Shown: piece by piece, positions 13,303 to 22,647 of the stretch | Layout of the letters: each line of letters starts with the position of its first letter | Position numbering within the stretch: the stretch's first letter is position 1 | Made by a program: the position numbers and the translations under genes | Notes under the pieces: generated by a model | The model's input: only the letters and a program-made list of their open reading frames with translations | The model's database searches: none | What the model was told of the DNA's origin: nothing | Assembly (NCBI GenBank): GCA_963709985.1 | Contig: CAVPYQ010000009.1 | Span: forward strand, 857-64,856 | From: an uncultured Actinomycetota bacterium | GTDB taxonomy: Bacteria > Actinomycetota > Actinomycetes > Mycobacteriales > Jatrophihabitantaceae | Length of the DNA: 64,000 nt | Reading direction: 5' to 3'

Positions 13303-13575
13303 CAGCTAGCGTCTCGCTCCGTCTCATTGCGAACGGTGTTCTAGGGCACACCGCCGAGGTCCCGCATAAGAGCATGCGCCCATACCCGACGCCGTGAACA
13401 TTTTGCCTGACGCGCAAAGGTGAATAGGCGCGCCGGCCATCAGTGGCGTAACTCGACGCGCCGGCGTCCTCAGCAAAAACTCATTGCAACAGTCCCCCGG
13501 TCATACGCGTCATTCCTGCGTGACATGGCAAAACGGCGACCGCCGTACATCAACGACCCAAGGGGGGACAACAAC

Positions 13576-14523
13576 ATGAAGCGACTCATGGCTCTCACCG
13601 CGCTCGCGGCAGGTGCCGCAGGCACCGTGGCGCTCGCGCTCGCGGGGCAGGCCGCGGGGGCGGCACCAACGGTTACACCCAGCAATACCGGCCAGGGGAA
13701 CGAAGTGGCGTGCGTGGTGCAGGCAGGCAACGCGTTCTCTTCCTGCCTCGACATCACCGTGAACGGCTCCATCTCGACGAGTTCGACGCACAAGGCCTCG
13801 GCCAGCGGCTCGATCCAGGTCGACAAGACCCGGGCCGGAGCCAGTGCGATCACGAAGATTCAAATCGATCGAGTCGCGGTGGGCACCCAGAACACCGGGA
13901 TCGCTTCGAGCGGCTCGGTCAACAGCGGCACCCCACCGAAGCCGATCAGCGCCAGCACAAGTGGCGCCGACCCGTACTACACGAACTGCGGTGTTCGGTA
14001 CCACGTCGTACTCGACTACGCGGCCCGCCTGAGCAGCGGCCAACTCAAGACCGGCACCTACGTCGGCCCATGGTTCGACTCGAGCTATGCCGCCTGCGCC
14101 GGCAGCAACTTCGGGCAGTCGGCCGGCACGGTCCAGTGCTTCGTCCACGCACCGGAGCAGGCGTGTGTCCGGATCACGGCGGCTGCCGCGCTCTCGAACG
14201 ACCGCAAATCCCTTTACGCCCGCGGCACGATCACCGCACCCGAGGGGGTCAACGGCCTGCCCGGCAGTGACCAGATCGCCCGAGTTCAGGTCGACAGCGC
14301 CGTGCTCGGCCGACAGAGCGCGACCGTGCGGACCAGCCCGTCGATGAACAGCCGCAATGCCCGCCCACTGTCGGCGATGGGTCAGACATCTCCCGGCTAT
14401 GCCTGGTCGACCGACTGCACGATCCACTACCAGGCGGCGCTGAACTACTCGGTTCGGCTCACGGACGGGCGGTTGTTCACCGGCCGTCTGGCGACGCCGA
14501 CCTTCAAGGCACCCGGGTGCTGA
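13576..14523 (+). CDS. Secreted protein of unknown function with internal tandem duplication
   Basis: ATG 13576 follows AAGGGGGGA. Signal peptide MKRLMALTALAAGAAGTVALALAGQAAGA. Two ~140-aa halves share Cys positions and blocks (IQIDRVAVG/VQVDSAVLG; CGVRYHVVLDYAARLSSGQL/CTIHYQAALNYSVRLTDGRL). Confidence 0.7.
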   Translation: MKRLMALTALAAGAAGTVALALAGQAAGAAPTVTPSNTGQGNEVACVVQAGNAFSSCLDITVNGSISTSSTHKASASGSIQVDKTRAGASAITKIQIDRVAVGTQNTGIASSGSVNSGTPPKPISASTSGADPYYTNCGVRYHVVLDYAARLSSGQLKTGTYVGPWFDSSYAACAGSNFGQSAGTVQCFVHAPEQACVRITAAAALSNDRKSLYARGTITAPEGVNGLPGSDQIARVQVDSAVLGRQSATVRTSPSMNSRNARPLSAMGQTSPGYAWSTDCTIHYQAALNYSVRLTDGRLFTGRLATPTFKAPGC

Positions 14524-14550
14524 TCAACTGCTGACTCGGCTGTAGAAGAA

Positions 14551-14587
14551 GAACGGGTGCGCACCGCTCAACGGTGCGCACCCGTTC
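14551..14587 (+). terminator. Perfect 16-bp stem / 5-nt loop hairpin
   Basis: GAACGGGTGCGCACCG-CTCAA-CGGTGCGCACCCGTTC lies 28 nt after the stop at 14523. It is followed by a T-containing tail (CCGCTTGGGTTTGG). Confidence 0.75.
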
Positions 14588-14605
14588 CCGCTTGGGTTTG
14601 GCAGG

Positions 14606-15394
14606 GTGAGCGGTATGGAGATCCGCACGCCGTTGGATCGGCGGTTGAGTGCTGCCGGTATCGCACCGGGCGCGGAGCCGGTCGATGCCTGGCGCAAGTT
14701 GCGGGCGCTCGAAGGTTCCGCCGCGACGATCATTGACCTCTACGAACTCGCGGCCCGTCGACGCGGGTTGACGGCCCACGACCTTCCGGCGCCGGAGCGC
14801 CACGCACTGGCCCGGTCGGTCATGCCCGACATCTGGCCCGACTGGAACGTGACTGCCGGCAGCGAGCGCGTCGGCGACGTCATCAAGGTCGTGGCCTACG
14901 ACCCGACGTGGCCGGATCGGTTCGCGGCGTGGCACCAGGTGTTTCACGCTGCGCTCGGGCCGACGGCGGTCCGCATCGAACATGTCGGTTCGACATCGGT
15001 ACCCGGCTTGGCGGCGAAGCCGATCGTCGATGTGCAGGTCAGTGTCGCCGACCTCGACAACGAGCAGGCCTACGTTCCGGCGCTGGAGGGCGTTGGTCTC
15101 CAGCTGCGCAGCCGCGACCTCTTCCACCGCTACTTCCGACCGTTCCCCGGACGTCCTCGCGACGTCCACGTGCATGTCTGCGAGCTGGGCTCGGAGTGGG
15201 AGGCCGAACACCTCCGATTCCGCGACCATCTGCGCACGCACCCCGAAGCACGCGACAAATACGCCAAGACCAAACGTGACGCCGCGGCCCAGTGGGCTGA
15301 CGACGGGCTGGCCTACACAGACGCCAAGACCGAGGTCATCCTCAACATCCTCGAACAAGCGGTTGATCACGAAGACCGACGTCGACCGGGCTGA
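14606..15394 (+). CDS. GrpB-family protein with ~85-aa N-terminal extension
   Basis: VVAYDPTWPDRF, IEHVGSTSVPGLAAKPIVDVQV, HVHVCELGSEWE..LRFRDHLR. Confidence 0.85.
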   Translation: MSGMEIRTPLDRRLSAAGIAPGAEPVDAWRKLRALEGSAATIIDLYELAARRRGLTAHDLPAPERHALARSVMPDIWPDWNVTAGSERVGDVIKVVAYDPTWPDRFAAWHQVFHAALGPTAVRIEHVGSTSVPGLAAKPIVDVQVSVADLDNEQAYVPALEGVGLQLRSRDLFHRYFRPFPGRPRDVHVHVCELGSEWEAEHLRFRDHLRTHPEARDKYAKTKRDAAAQWADDGLAYTDAKTEVILNILEQAVDHEDRRRPG

Positions 15395-15427
15395 CGGCGT
15401 TCTCCCCTGATCAACTCGCCAACCAGC

Positions 15428-15453
15428 CCGCTTCCCCGCCGAGATCACCAGAT
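15428..15453. repeat. 26-nt dispersed repeat, copy A
   Basis: The reverse complement ATCTGGTGATCTCGGCGGGGAAGCGG matches 47039-47064 at 25 of 26 positions. It lies just 3' of the GrpB gene. Confidence 0.8.
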
Positions 15454-15658
15454 TTCGTCGCTTAATCGGGTCAACTCGGCGGGTAAGCGACCCGATCGCC
15501 ACACCCACCGCGAGGCACGCCGACGCGCTGCCGGCTCGGCCGCTAGTCCCGGATCACTTCTTTTGGATGACGCGCGCCCCCGGCCGCGGGCCGATAGTTG
15601 CGTGGCGAGCAGGCGGTTCTTGCATCGTCGGCGAACGCACGCAAGGTAGGGGGCGGCG

Positions 15659-15820
15659 ATGGGCGCGAAACGTCAGCGCGTGAACCCGTTCGGACGGCTT
15701 GCCGACGGGTTGCGACAAGCGGGCGACTGGTACGTGTCGGGACCGTATGTGGGCATCGGCCGTGCTGCCGAGTCCGTCGGCGACGTCATCGCCAGTAACA
15801 CTTCGGAGGCACAGCAATGA
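15659..15820 (+). CDS. Hypothetical small protein (53 aa)
   Basis: Not in the track (<60 aa). ATG follows AAGGTAGGGGG. Third-codon positions are G/C-rich. Its TGA overlaps the ATG of the next ORF (ATGA). Confidence 0.3.
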   Translation: MGAKRQRVNPFGRLADGLRQAGDWYVSGPYVGIGRAAESVGDVIASNTSEAQQ

Positions 15821-16014
15821 CAGCATCCACCGCGCAGCCAAAGCCGGTCCGCATCAAGGACCACTGGACGGTAACGCCGGTGCAAGCCGTCCTCGGGCGG
15901 CGAGTCGGCTTTCGGAACCACTGGCTCTACTGGGCCAGTGGCCTCTCGCTCATGTTCGTGGTCGGGCTTGCGCAGGGCATCAAGATCGGCCGCCACCGTC
16001 GGCAATCGCGCTGA
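15817..16014 (+). CDS. Hypothetical small membrane protein (65 aa)
   Basis: One hydrophobic helix (LYWASGLSLMFVVGLAQGI). ATGA-coupled to the preceding small ORF and 49 nt upstream of the K+ channel gene. Confidence 0.35.
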   Translation: MTASTAQPKPVRIKDHWTVTPVQAVLGRRVGFRNHWLYWASGLSLMFVVGLAQGIKIGRHRRQSR

Positions 16015-16062
16015 CTCGCACGATCTCCGAGCCGGCCGGACAGTGCATATCGCGAGTGCGAC

Positions 16063-16626
16063 GTGACCAGTGATCACGCACAGCATCAGCCGCCTCCGGG
16101 CTGGAGGCGTCAGCTGTTCTGGGCGGCGCTGCGCAGTCTGCTGGCTGCTGTGGTACTGGTGGTTCTCTACTACGTGCTTCCGTTCGACCGTGGGCTGGAT
16201 GCCGCAACCGCGGCGCGGCTGTCGGCGGGCCTGCTGATCTTCGCGGGCGTCATGGTGTGGCACGTCCGGTCGATCGCCGGCGCGCGGTACCCGGCTCTGC
16301 GTGCTGTCGAGGCGCTGGGCATGATTCTTCCGCTATTCCTGGTGCTGTTCGCCTCGACGTACTTCCTGATGGAACGAAACTCAGCCGCAAGCTTCAACCA
16401 GTCGCTGTCCCGTACGGATGCTTTGTACTTCACGGTGACCGTCTTCGCGACGGTGGGCTTCGGGGACATCGTTGCGGTATCCGACACGGCCCGGATCGTG
16501 GTCATCGTGCAAATGCTGCTCGACCTCGCAATCCTCGGCGCCGGCATTCGAGTGCTGCTGGGCGCTGTGCGCATCGGTCGCGAACGACAATCAGGGACCG
16601 CCGACAAATCCAGCGGGCCCCAGTGA
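16063..16626 (+). CDS. Two-TM potassium channel family protein
   Basis: Selectivity filter FATVGFGD flanked by TM helices. Confidence 0.85.
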   Translation: MTSDHAQHQPPPGWRRQLFWAALRSLLAAVVLVVLYYVLPFDRGLDAATAARLSAGLLIFAGVMVWHVRSIAGARYPALRAVEALGMILPLFLVLFASTYFLMERNSAASFNQSLSRTDALYFTVTVFATVGFGDIVAVSDTARIVVIVQMLLDLAILGAGIRVLLGAVRIGRERQSGTADKSSGPQ

Positions 16627-16767
16627 CGGCCGTTCGCGACTCGTGCATCCGCATCGTCGTCCACACGGTAAAGGGGGCCGAAATATGTTCTCGCTAATAC
16701 CGGAAATCCTGGCGCGGCATTCGGGCTCCAACATCCGGCATCAATTCAGCGTCTGCCCCGCCGGTAG

Positions 16768-18183
16768 TTGCCTATCACCCGCGCCGTTCGACGAGGCGGC
16801 GTGACGACCGCGCCGGCCGCCCCCGCCCCGCCGGCCGATCCCGCCGCTCCAGCCGCTCCCGCCGATCCGTTCGCGATCGTCCGCACCCGCGGCTACGCGG
16901 TCATCCTCGTCTTCGCCGCCATCCTCGGAGTGCCGATATCGGCGGCAGCGTATGGGTTTCTCGCCCTGGTTTCGCACCTGCAGAAGTGGATATTCACCGA
17001 CCTCCCCAAAGGGCTCGGGTTCGACGGGGAGCCGACGTGGTGGCCGGTCCTTCCGCTCTTCGTGGCCGGTGTGCTGGTCGCGCTGACCATCCGGTATCTC
17101 CCCGGTACGGGCGGCAATTCGCCGGCTGACGGATTCAAGGCCGGCGAGCAACCGACACCGATCGAGCTGCCCGGAATCGTGCTCGCCTCGTTGACCACGC
17201 TCGCATTGGGAGTGGTCCTCGGGCCGGAGGGACCGCTCATCGCGATCGGAGCCGGACTGGCCATCTGCGCGGTCCGCCTCGTCAAGCCCGGTGCACCACC
17301 CCGGCTGAGCGCGGTCATGGCGGCGGCCGGCAGTTTCGCCGCGATCAGCGCGCTGCTGGGATCTCCGTTGCTCGGGGCGTTTCTCCTGCTGGAGGCATCA
17401 GGGCTCGGCGGGGCAATGGCGATCACGGTGCTGCTCCCGGGACTGCTGGCCGCAGGCATCGGGTATCTCATCTTCGTCGGGCTCGATTCCCTTACCGGAT
17501 TGGGCACGTTCTCACTCGCGCTCCCGGACCTTCCGCCTTTCGCCCATCCGAACGGCGTGCAGTTCCTCTGGGCGATCGGCATCGGCGTGGCCGCCACCAT
17601 TGTCGCCGCGGGCATCAAGCTGCTCGCCCTGCGACTGCGACCCGTCGTCGAGCGACGACTGGTGCTGTTGACCCCGCTGGTTGGTCTGGCGATCGCCGGG
17701 CTGGCGATCCTCTATGCGGAGACGACCAGCAAGCCGACCAGTGACGTGCTCTTCTCCGGCCAGGACCAGCTTCCCGGGCTCATCCAGAACAACGCCAGCT
17801 ACACGGTCGGCGCGCTGCTCATGCTCCTAGCCTGCAAGGGTCTCGCCTATAGCGTCGCCCTGAGCAGCTTTCGGGGCGGCCCGGTCTTCCCGGCGATGTA
17901 CATCGGAGCGGCCGGTGGGATCCTGCTGTCCCACCTTCCCGGGCTTCCGTTCGTCCCGGCGATTGCCATAGGTATCGGCGCGATGTCCGCGGCAATGCTG
18001 CGTTTGCCGCTGACGTCGGTCCTGTTGGCAACATTGCTGCTGTCGTCGGACGGTGTCGCCGTGATGCCACTCGTCATCGTCGCGGTAGTTGTCGCGTTCG
18101 TGACGACCATGTGGCTCACACCCGCGATCGCGCCGGCCCACGCTCCCTCTGCCAAGGCCCCCGTCCCGGCCGGTCAGAGCTGA
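16768..18183 (+). CDS. ClC-family chloride channel / H+-Cl- antiporter
   Basis: GPEGPLIAIGAG, GSFAAISALLGSPLLGAFLLLE, GGPVFPAMYIGAAGG. The start is uncertain (GTG 16801 is also possible). Confidence 0.9.
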   Translation: MPITRAVRRGGVTTAPAAPAPPADPAAPAAPADPFAIVRTRGYAVILVFAAILGVPISAAAYGFLALVSHLQKWIFTDLPKGLGFDGEPTWWPVLPLFVAGVLVALTIRYLPGTGGNSPADGFKAGEQPTPIELPGIVLASLTTLALGVVLGPEGPLIAIGAGLAICAVRLVKPGAPPRLSAVMAAAGSFAAISALLGSPLLGAFLLLEASGLGGAMAITVLLPGLLAAGIGYLIFVGLDSLTGLGTFSLALPDLPPFAHPNGVQFLWAIGIGVAATIVAAGIKLLALRLRPVVERRLVLLTPLVGLAIAGLAILYAETTSKPTSDVLFSGQDQLPGLIQNNASYTVGALLMLLACKGLAYSVALSSFRGGPVFPAMYIGAAGGILLSHLPGLPFVPAIAIGIGAMSAAMLRLPLTSVLLATLLLSSDGVAVMPLVIVAVVVAFVTTMWLTPAIAPAHAPSAKAPVPAGQS

Positions 18184-18525
18184 CCACTGCGCTGTAGGCC
18201 CACAGTGATGTCCTGCGCGGTCGGCCAAGGTTGAGGTTGATCAAGCGCGTCTGCGTATGCGCTTGACATACAGTTGACTTAGGCATCGATCACCAGTAGC
18301 GGCCCCAGACATCGCGCACGAGCGGGCGCCGGTCTGTCCAAAGCGTGAGGTTCGCGCTTCGCCTCACATTCGCAGCGGTTGCGTCGTCGTACCACTGAGA
18401 CGAACACACCATCCAGCGAACAGGAAACTCAGCGACTTCGTCCTCGGCCGGCCACACGTCGGACCTGAAGCACCGCCACCGACTTCGAAACCCGAAGTCG
18501 TTCACAACCTTGCCGGGAGAACCTT

Positions 18526-18903
18526 ATGAACATCGCTCTGTGGATCATTTCGGGACTGCTGGCCGCAGGCTTCCTGGCCAGCGGCGCCACCAAGCTGACC
18601 CAGCCCAAGGAGAAACTGGTCGCCTCTACGGGCGTCCTCGAGGACTTCAGCGCGGGCAGCATCAAGGCCATCGGCATCCTCGAGATCCTGGCTGCGGTGG
18701 GCCTGATCCTGCCCGCCGCGCTCGACATCGCGCCCGTGCTGGTGCCTCTGGCCGCCGGTGGCCTGGTGTTGCTGATGGCCGGCGCATTCATCACGCACGT
18801 CCGCCGTCGCGAGATTCAGGGAATCGCGGTGACGCTCGTTTTGCTCGCCCTTGCCGTCCTCGTGGCGTCCGGCCGCTTCGGCCCACAGTCCTTCACCGGC
18901 TGA
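18526..18903 (+). CDS. DoxX-family membrane protein
   Basis: 125 aa with 4 hydrophobic helices. MNIALWIISGLLAAGFLASGATKL. GGGAGA RBS. Confidence 0.8.
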   Translation: MNIALWIISGLLAAGFLASGATKLTQPKEKLVASTGVLEDFSAGSIKAIGILEILAAVGLILPAALDIAPVLVPLAAGGLVLLMAGAFITHVRRREIQGIAVTLVLLALAVLVASGRFGPQSFTG

Positions 18904-19135
18904 CCCAGCGCCGCGTCTGGGATCAGGCGCGGCGGCGCAGCGATGTGCCGGGGTCGACAGGACCCGTCGAATGTTGATCACGTGCAGATCGCGCACCCCC
19001 GGCGGTGCAAAACCCGCAGGTGATCACCCAGCAAGGCGCAGCGCGCGCCCTTCAATCGCGACGCGGCCGGCCCACTGACAGCGCGAGCGATGGACCCGAC
19101 GGGCGCGACCACAATGTCAGGCCGTCGCCGACTGC

Positions 19136-19615
19136 CTAGGTATCGGCATCCTCAGACTTCTGCCCCATGAAGCGCAGTCGTGGGACAGGCGGTTTTTCCG
19201 ACGGCGGCTGTGCCTCGCGCGGGTCGACATCGGGCACGACCAGTACCGGACACGGCGCACCCATCACGACCGACCGTGCCGTGCTGCCGAGCAATCGCTT
19301 CGCGAGCCACGAGCGCTGATGCAACCCCAGCACGATGAGCGATGCGTCCACCTCGCGAGCGATATCGAGTATCACGTCCGCCGGCGCGGCGTCGTCGGTA
19401 ACGTGACGCACCGAGTTGGCCACGCCCCTCGCTTTGAGGTGCGCGGTCACCGCATCAAGGTTGCGCTCGTCAGCGGCGGTCGGAACTGTGAATCCAGCGG
19501 CGCTGACCACATTGACCAACACGACGTCGACGTCGCGCGCGAGCGCCTCGCGCGCCGCCTCCTTGACCGCGAAGATTCCGGTCTCGGTCGGCACGTAGCC
19601 AATCACAACCGTCAC
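19136..19615 (-). CDS. Universal stress protein (UspA family)
   Basis: LIVLGLHQRSWLAKRLLGSTARSVVMGAPCPVLVVP. GTG start with an AGGAGG RBS. Confidence 0.9.
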   Translation of the reverse strand: MTVVIGYVPTETGIFAVKEAAREALARDVDVVLVNVVSAAGFTVPTAADERNLDAVTAHLKARGVANSVRHVTDDAAPADVILDIAREVDASLIVLGLHQRSWLAKRLLGSTARSVVMGAPCPVLVVPDVDPREAQPPSEKPPVPRLRFMGQKSEDADT

Positions 19616-19839
19616 TGTTCCTCCTACGAACGGGGTCCCCAGACCGACGATCCGGGCGTCACGCTACCCCCGCGCGGCCGCTCGCAGTGCTGTCAATTCG
19701 TCCGTGTCCAGCCGCGTCGCCACCACCGCCGTTGGTCAACGTTTCGTGTTTCGCCCGTCGACAAGTTCTGGTGGGCGGTCCAGGACGTCTCGGCTCGGCC
19801 GACGCCGACCGGCAACGGGAGCCGCCTCGGCTGGCGGTG

Positions 19840-20355
19840 TCAGCGTTCGGTACGCGTGCGTTCGTAGTGGCGGCGGGCCTTCATCCGGTTCCCGCACACG
19901 GCCATCGAGCACCATCGGGCCTTGTTCGGCTTGCTGTGGTCGATCAGGAACAGCGCGCACTCGGGGTTCTCGCAGGGGCGCAGGCGGCCCGGGCGGTTCC
20001 GGCGCAGCGCGTCCCACGCGAGCACCGCCCGTGCCGCCGCCTGCCGGTCGGCGGGGGCGTCCAGCCGCCATTGCACACCGTCGTCTGATACCGATGGGCG
20101 ATAGCTGACGTCGTCGAGCACGGCGGCCAGCGAACGGGCCGGTTCCTGCCCGCGCACCACCTTCTGCAAGGCGGACCGAGCGGCGCGCACGGCCTGCCAC
20201 TCGCCGGCCGAACCGCTGTGCCCGTGGGCGCGCAGCCAGGTGCGGCCTGCCCGCGCACTGTCGAGGTCGTCGCGCGGAACGCCGTCGACGACCGGCGTGC
20301 TGTTGAGCAGGTCGAGCAGGAACGCCTCGTCCGTGGCCGTGTTCAGCGGTTCCAT
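19840..20355 (-). CDS. CGNR zinc-finger (ABATE-domain) putative regulator
   Basis: C-terminal CENPECALFLIDHSKPNKARWCSMAVCGNRMKARRHY. ATG 20355 has a GGAGG RBS. Confidence 0.85.
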   Translation of the reverse strand: MEPLNTATDEAFLLDLLNSTPVVDGVPRDDLDSARAGRTWLRAHGHSGSAGEWQAVRAARSALQKVVRGQEPARSLAAVLDDVSYRPSVSDDGVQWRLDAPADRQAAARAVLAWDALRRNRPGRLRPCENPECALFLIDHSKPNKARWCSMAVCGNRMKARRHYERTRTER

Positions 20356-20440
20356 GTCTAACCTCCAACTTTCTGTTGACAGGTTACACGATCGCATGCT
20401 TCAGTGTCTAACCAGTACACATCTTCAAAGGAGTTAGACG

Positions 20441-21733
20441 ATGTCTCAGATTCACAACCGGTACGCCACCGTCGCCGGACACCAGCTCTTTTACCGCGAG
20501 GCCGGCCCGGCCGACGCTCCCGTTCTGGTGCTGCTGCACGGGTTCCCCACCAGCTCGTTCATGTTCCGCAACCTGATTCCGCAACTGGCCGATCGCTACC
20601 GGGTGATCGCCCCGGACCACCTCGGCTTCGGGCTCTCCGACGCGCCGCCGGTCGAGGAGTTCGACTACTCCTTCGACGCACTGACCGATCTCACCGCCGG
20701 GCTGCTCGATGCCCTCGGGATCAGCCGCTACGCGATGTACGTCCAGGACTACGGCGCACCGATCGGCTGGCGGCTCGCCCTGCGCAACCCGGACGCCATC
20801 ACGGCGATCATCACCCAGAACGGCAACGGCTACGACGCCGGTTTCATCGACAGCTTCTGGAAGACCGTCTGGGACTACCAAGACGAGCAGACCCCGAACG
20901 CTGAAGCCGCGATCCGGCAGGCACTCACCCTCGAGGTCATCCGCTGGCAGTACCTGACCGGTGTCGCGGACGAGACGCTGGTCAGCCCGGACACCTGGGC
21001 CCACGACTACGCCCTGCTCTCCCGCCCGGGCAACGACCAGATCCAGCTCGCGCTGTTCCGCGACTACGCCACCAATCCCCCGCTGTACCCGCAACTGCAC
21101 GAATACCTGCGCACCAGCCGGGTGCCGGTACTGGCGGTGTGGGGCCGCGGCGACGAGATCTTCGCCCCCGACGGTGCGCGCGCCTTCGCCGCGGACGCGC
21201 ACGACGCCGAGATCCACCTACTCGACGGCGGTCACTTCCTGCTGGAGAGCGCCGGCGACGAGGTCGCGACGCTGATCCGGGACTTCCTGGCGCGCCGCCT
21301 CGACCCCGCGATCGGGGCGACGCTTGCGCTGGAAGTCGTGCCGCTTCCGGTCAGCGACGTCGACCGTGCGCTCGCCTTCTACACCGAACAGGCCGGCTTC
21401 GCCCTCGACGTCGACTACCACCCCACCGCCGAGTTCCGGGTCGTACAACTCACCCCGCCCGGGTCGGCCGCTTCGGTGCAATTGGTCCGGGCCGACTCAC
21501 CCCGCCGGGTGCACAACCTGCACCTCGTCACGACCGACGTCGCCCGCGCGCGGGCGCGACTCATCGCCCGCGGCGTCACCGTCGGCGCCATCCGGCACAA
21601 GGACCCGATCGAGACGTGGGCCGGCGGCTGGAGCCCCGGGGTGGACCCGAAGCGTCGTGACTACGCCAGCTTCGCCGACTTTGCCGACCCCGACGGCAAC
21701 ACCTGGACGCTCCAAGAGCGCAACCACTCCTGA
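20441..21733 (+). CDS. Alpha/beta hydrolase fused to a C-terminal VOC/glyoxalase-like domain
   Basis: LVLLHGFPTSSFMFRNLIPQLADRYRVIAPDHLGFGLSD (alpha/beta fold). The last ~130 aa are glyoxalase-like (LALEVVPLPVSDVDRALAFYTEQAGF...DPDGNTWTLQE). Confidence 0.85.
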   Translation: MSQIHNRYATVAGHQLFYREAGPADAPVLVLLHGFPTSSFMFRNLIPQLADRYRVIAPDHLGFGLSDAPPVEEFDYSFDALTDLTAGLLDALGISRYAMYVQDYGAPIGWRLALRNPDAITAIITQNGNGYDAGFIDSFWKTVWDYQDEQTPNAEAAIRQALTLEVIRWQYLTGVADETLVSPDTWAHDYALLSRPGNDQIQLALFRDYATNPPLYPQLHEYLRTSRVPVLAVWGRGDEIFAPDGARAFAADAHDAEIHLLDGGHFLLESAGDEVATLIRDFLARRLDPAIGATLALEVVPLPVSDVDRALAFYTEQAGFALDVDYHPTAEFRVVQLTPPGSAASVQLVRADSPRRVHNLHLVTTDVARARARLIARGVTVGAIRHKDPIETWAGGWSPGVDPKRRDYASFADFADPDGNTWTLQERNHS

Positions 21734-21740
21734 AAGGAAC

Positions 21741-22617
21741 ATGATCATGGGACTGTCCTGGCAACAAGGGCCTCTGGCCAGCGCGCCGGTCGGCCGCTTC
21801 CTCACTCCCGAGCCGCTGCCGCAACGGCTGCTGTTCGCCGAGCCGCTGCGCCGACGGATGCGCGTGCAGTTCGCCGGCGAGTGGATCGCCGACAGCGAGG
21901 ACGTGCTGCTGCTGCACGAGCCCGGCCACTACCCGGTCGCGTTCTTCCCGCTCTGCGACGTCCAGCCCGGCGTGCTGGTCAGCGAGAATCGCACGACCGC
22001 GCACCGCGAACTCGGCGACACCGCCTGGTTCACCGTCGACCGCCGGCGACCGCCGGGCCCCACGCGCGGCCTGGCAGTACACGGCACTGCCCGAGCACGC
22101 CGGCGAACTCCGCGATCGCGTCGGGTTCGCCTGGCGAGCGATGGACGCCTTCTACGAGGAGGACGAGCGCATCGTCGGCCACGCCGCCGACCCCTACCAC
22201 CGCATCGACATCCGCCAGACCTCACGCCACCTCGTCGTCCGCGACGGCGCGCGGGTCATCGCCGACACCACGCGCCCGGTCGTCCTGTACGAGTCGGGAT
22301 TCGCACCACGCTGGTACGTGCCGCGCGATGACATCGACGAGAGCGCGCTGACTCCGGCCGACGGGCAGACGTTCTGCCCCTACAAGGGGCTGGCCAGTTA
22401 CTACGACATCGGCGATGGCAAAGGCGCAGCCTGGTCCTACCCGCAGGCGTGGCCGGAGGTCGAGCGCGTCTCGAACTTCGTCTCGTTCGAGGCCGACAAG
22501 GTCGACGTCTTCCTCGACGACAGGAAACTCGCTCTCGAGCCGGGTCAGACCGTCATCGCGCACGGAATCGACCGTGGCCTGGAACCCGACGAGATCCTCG
22601 TCCGCGCCGGCGCCTAG
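21741..22617 (+). pseudogene. Two-domain DUF427 protein, reading frame interrupted once (or sequencing indel)
   Basis: Frame 0 (MIMGLSWQQ...DTAWFTVD) switches to frame +1 (AAWQYTALPEHAGELRDRVGFAWRAMDAFYEEDERIVGH...CPYKGLASYYDI...AWSYP) somewhere within 22035-22070. Confidence 0.75.
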
Positions 22618-22647
22618 GCGATCCCCATATACGGAAAGGGGAATCCC

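Noticed and set aside
18290-18505. 71-aa Trp-rich minus-strand ORF
   Set aside because: Its start would be only 20 nt from the divergent doxX start, leaving no room for two promoters. It has no RBS and no family resemblance. I treat the 340-nt region as intergenic.
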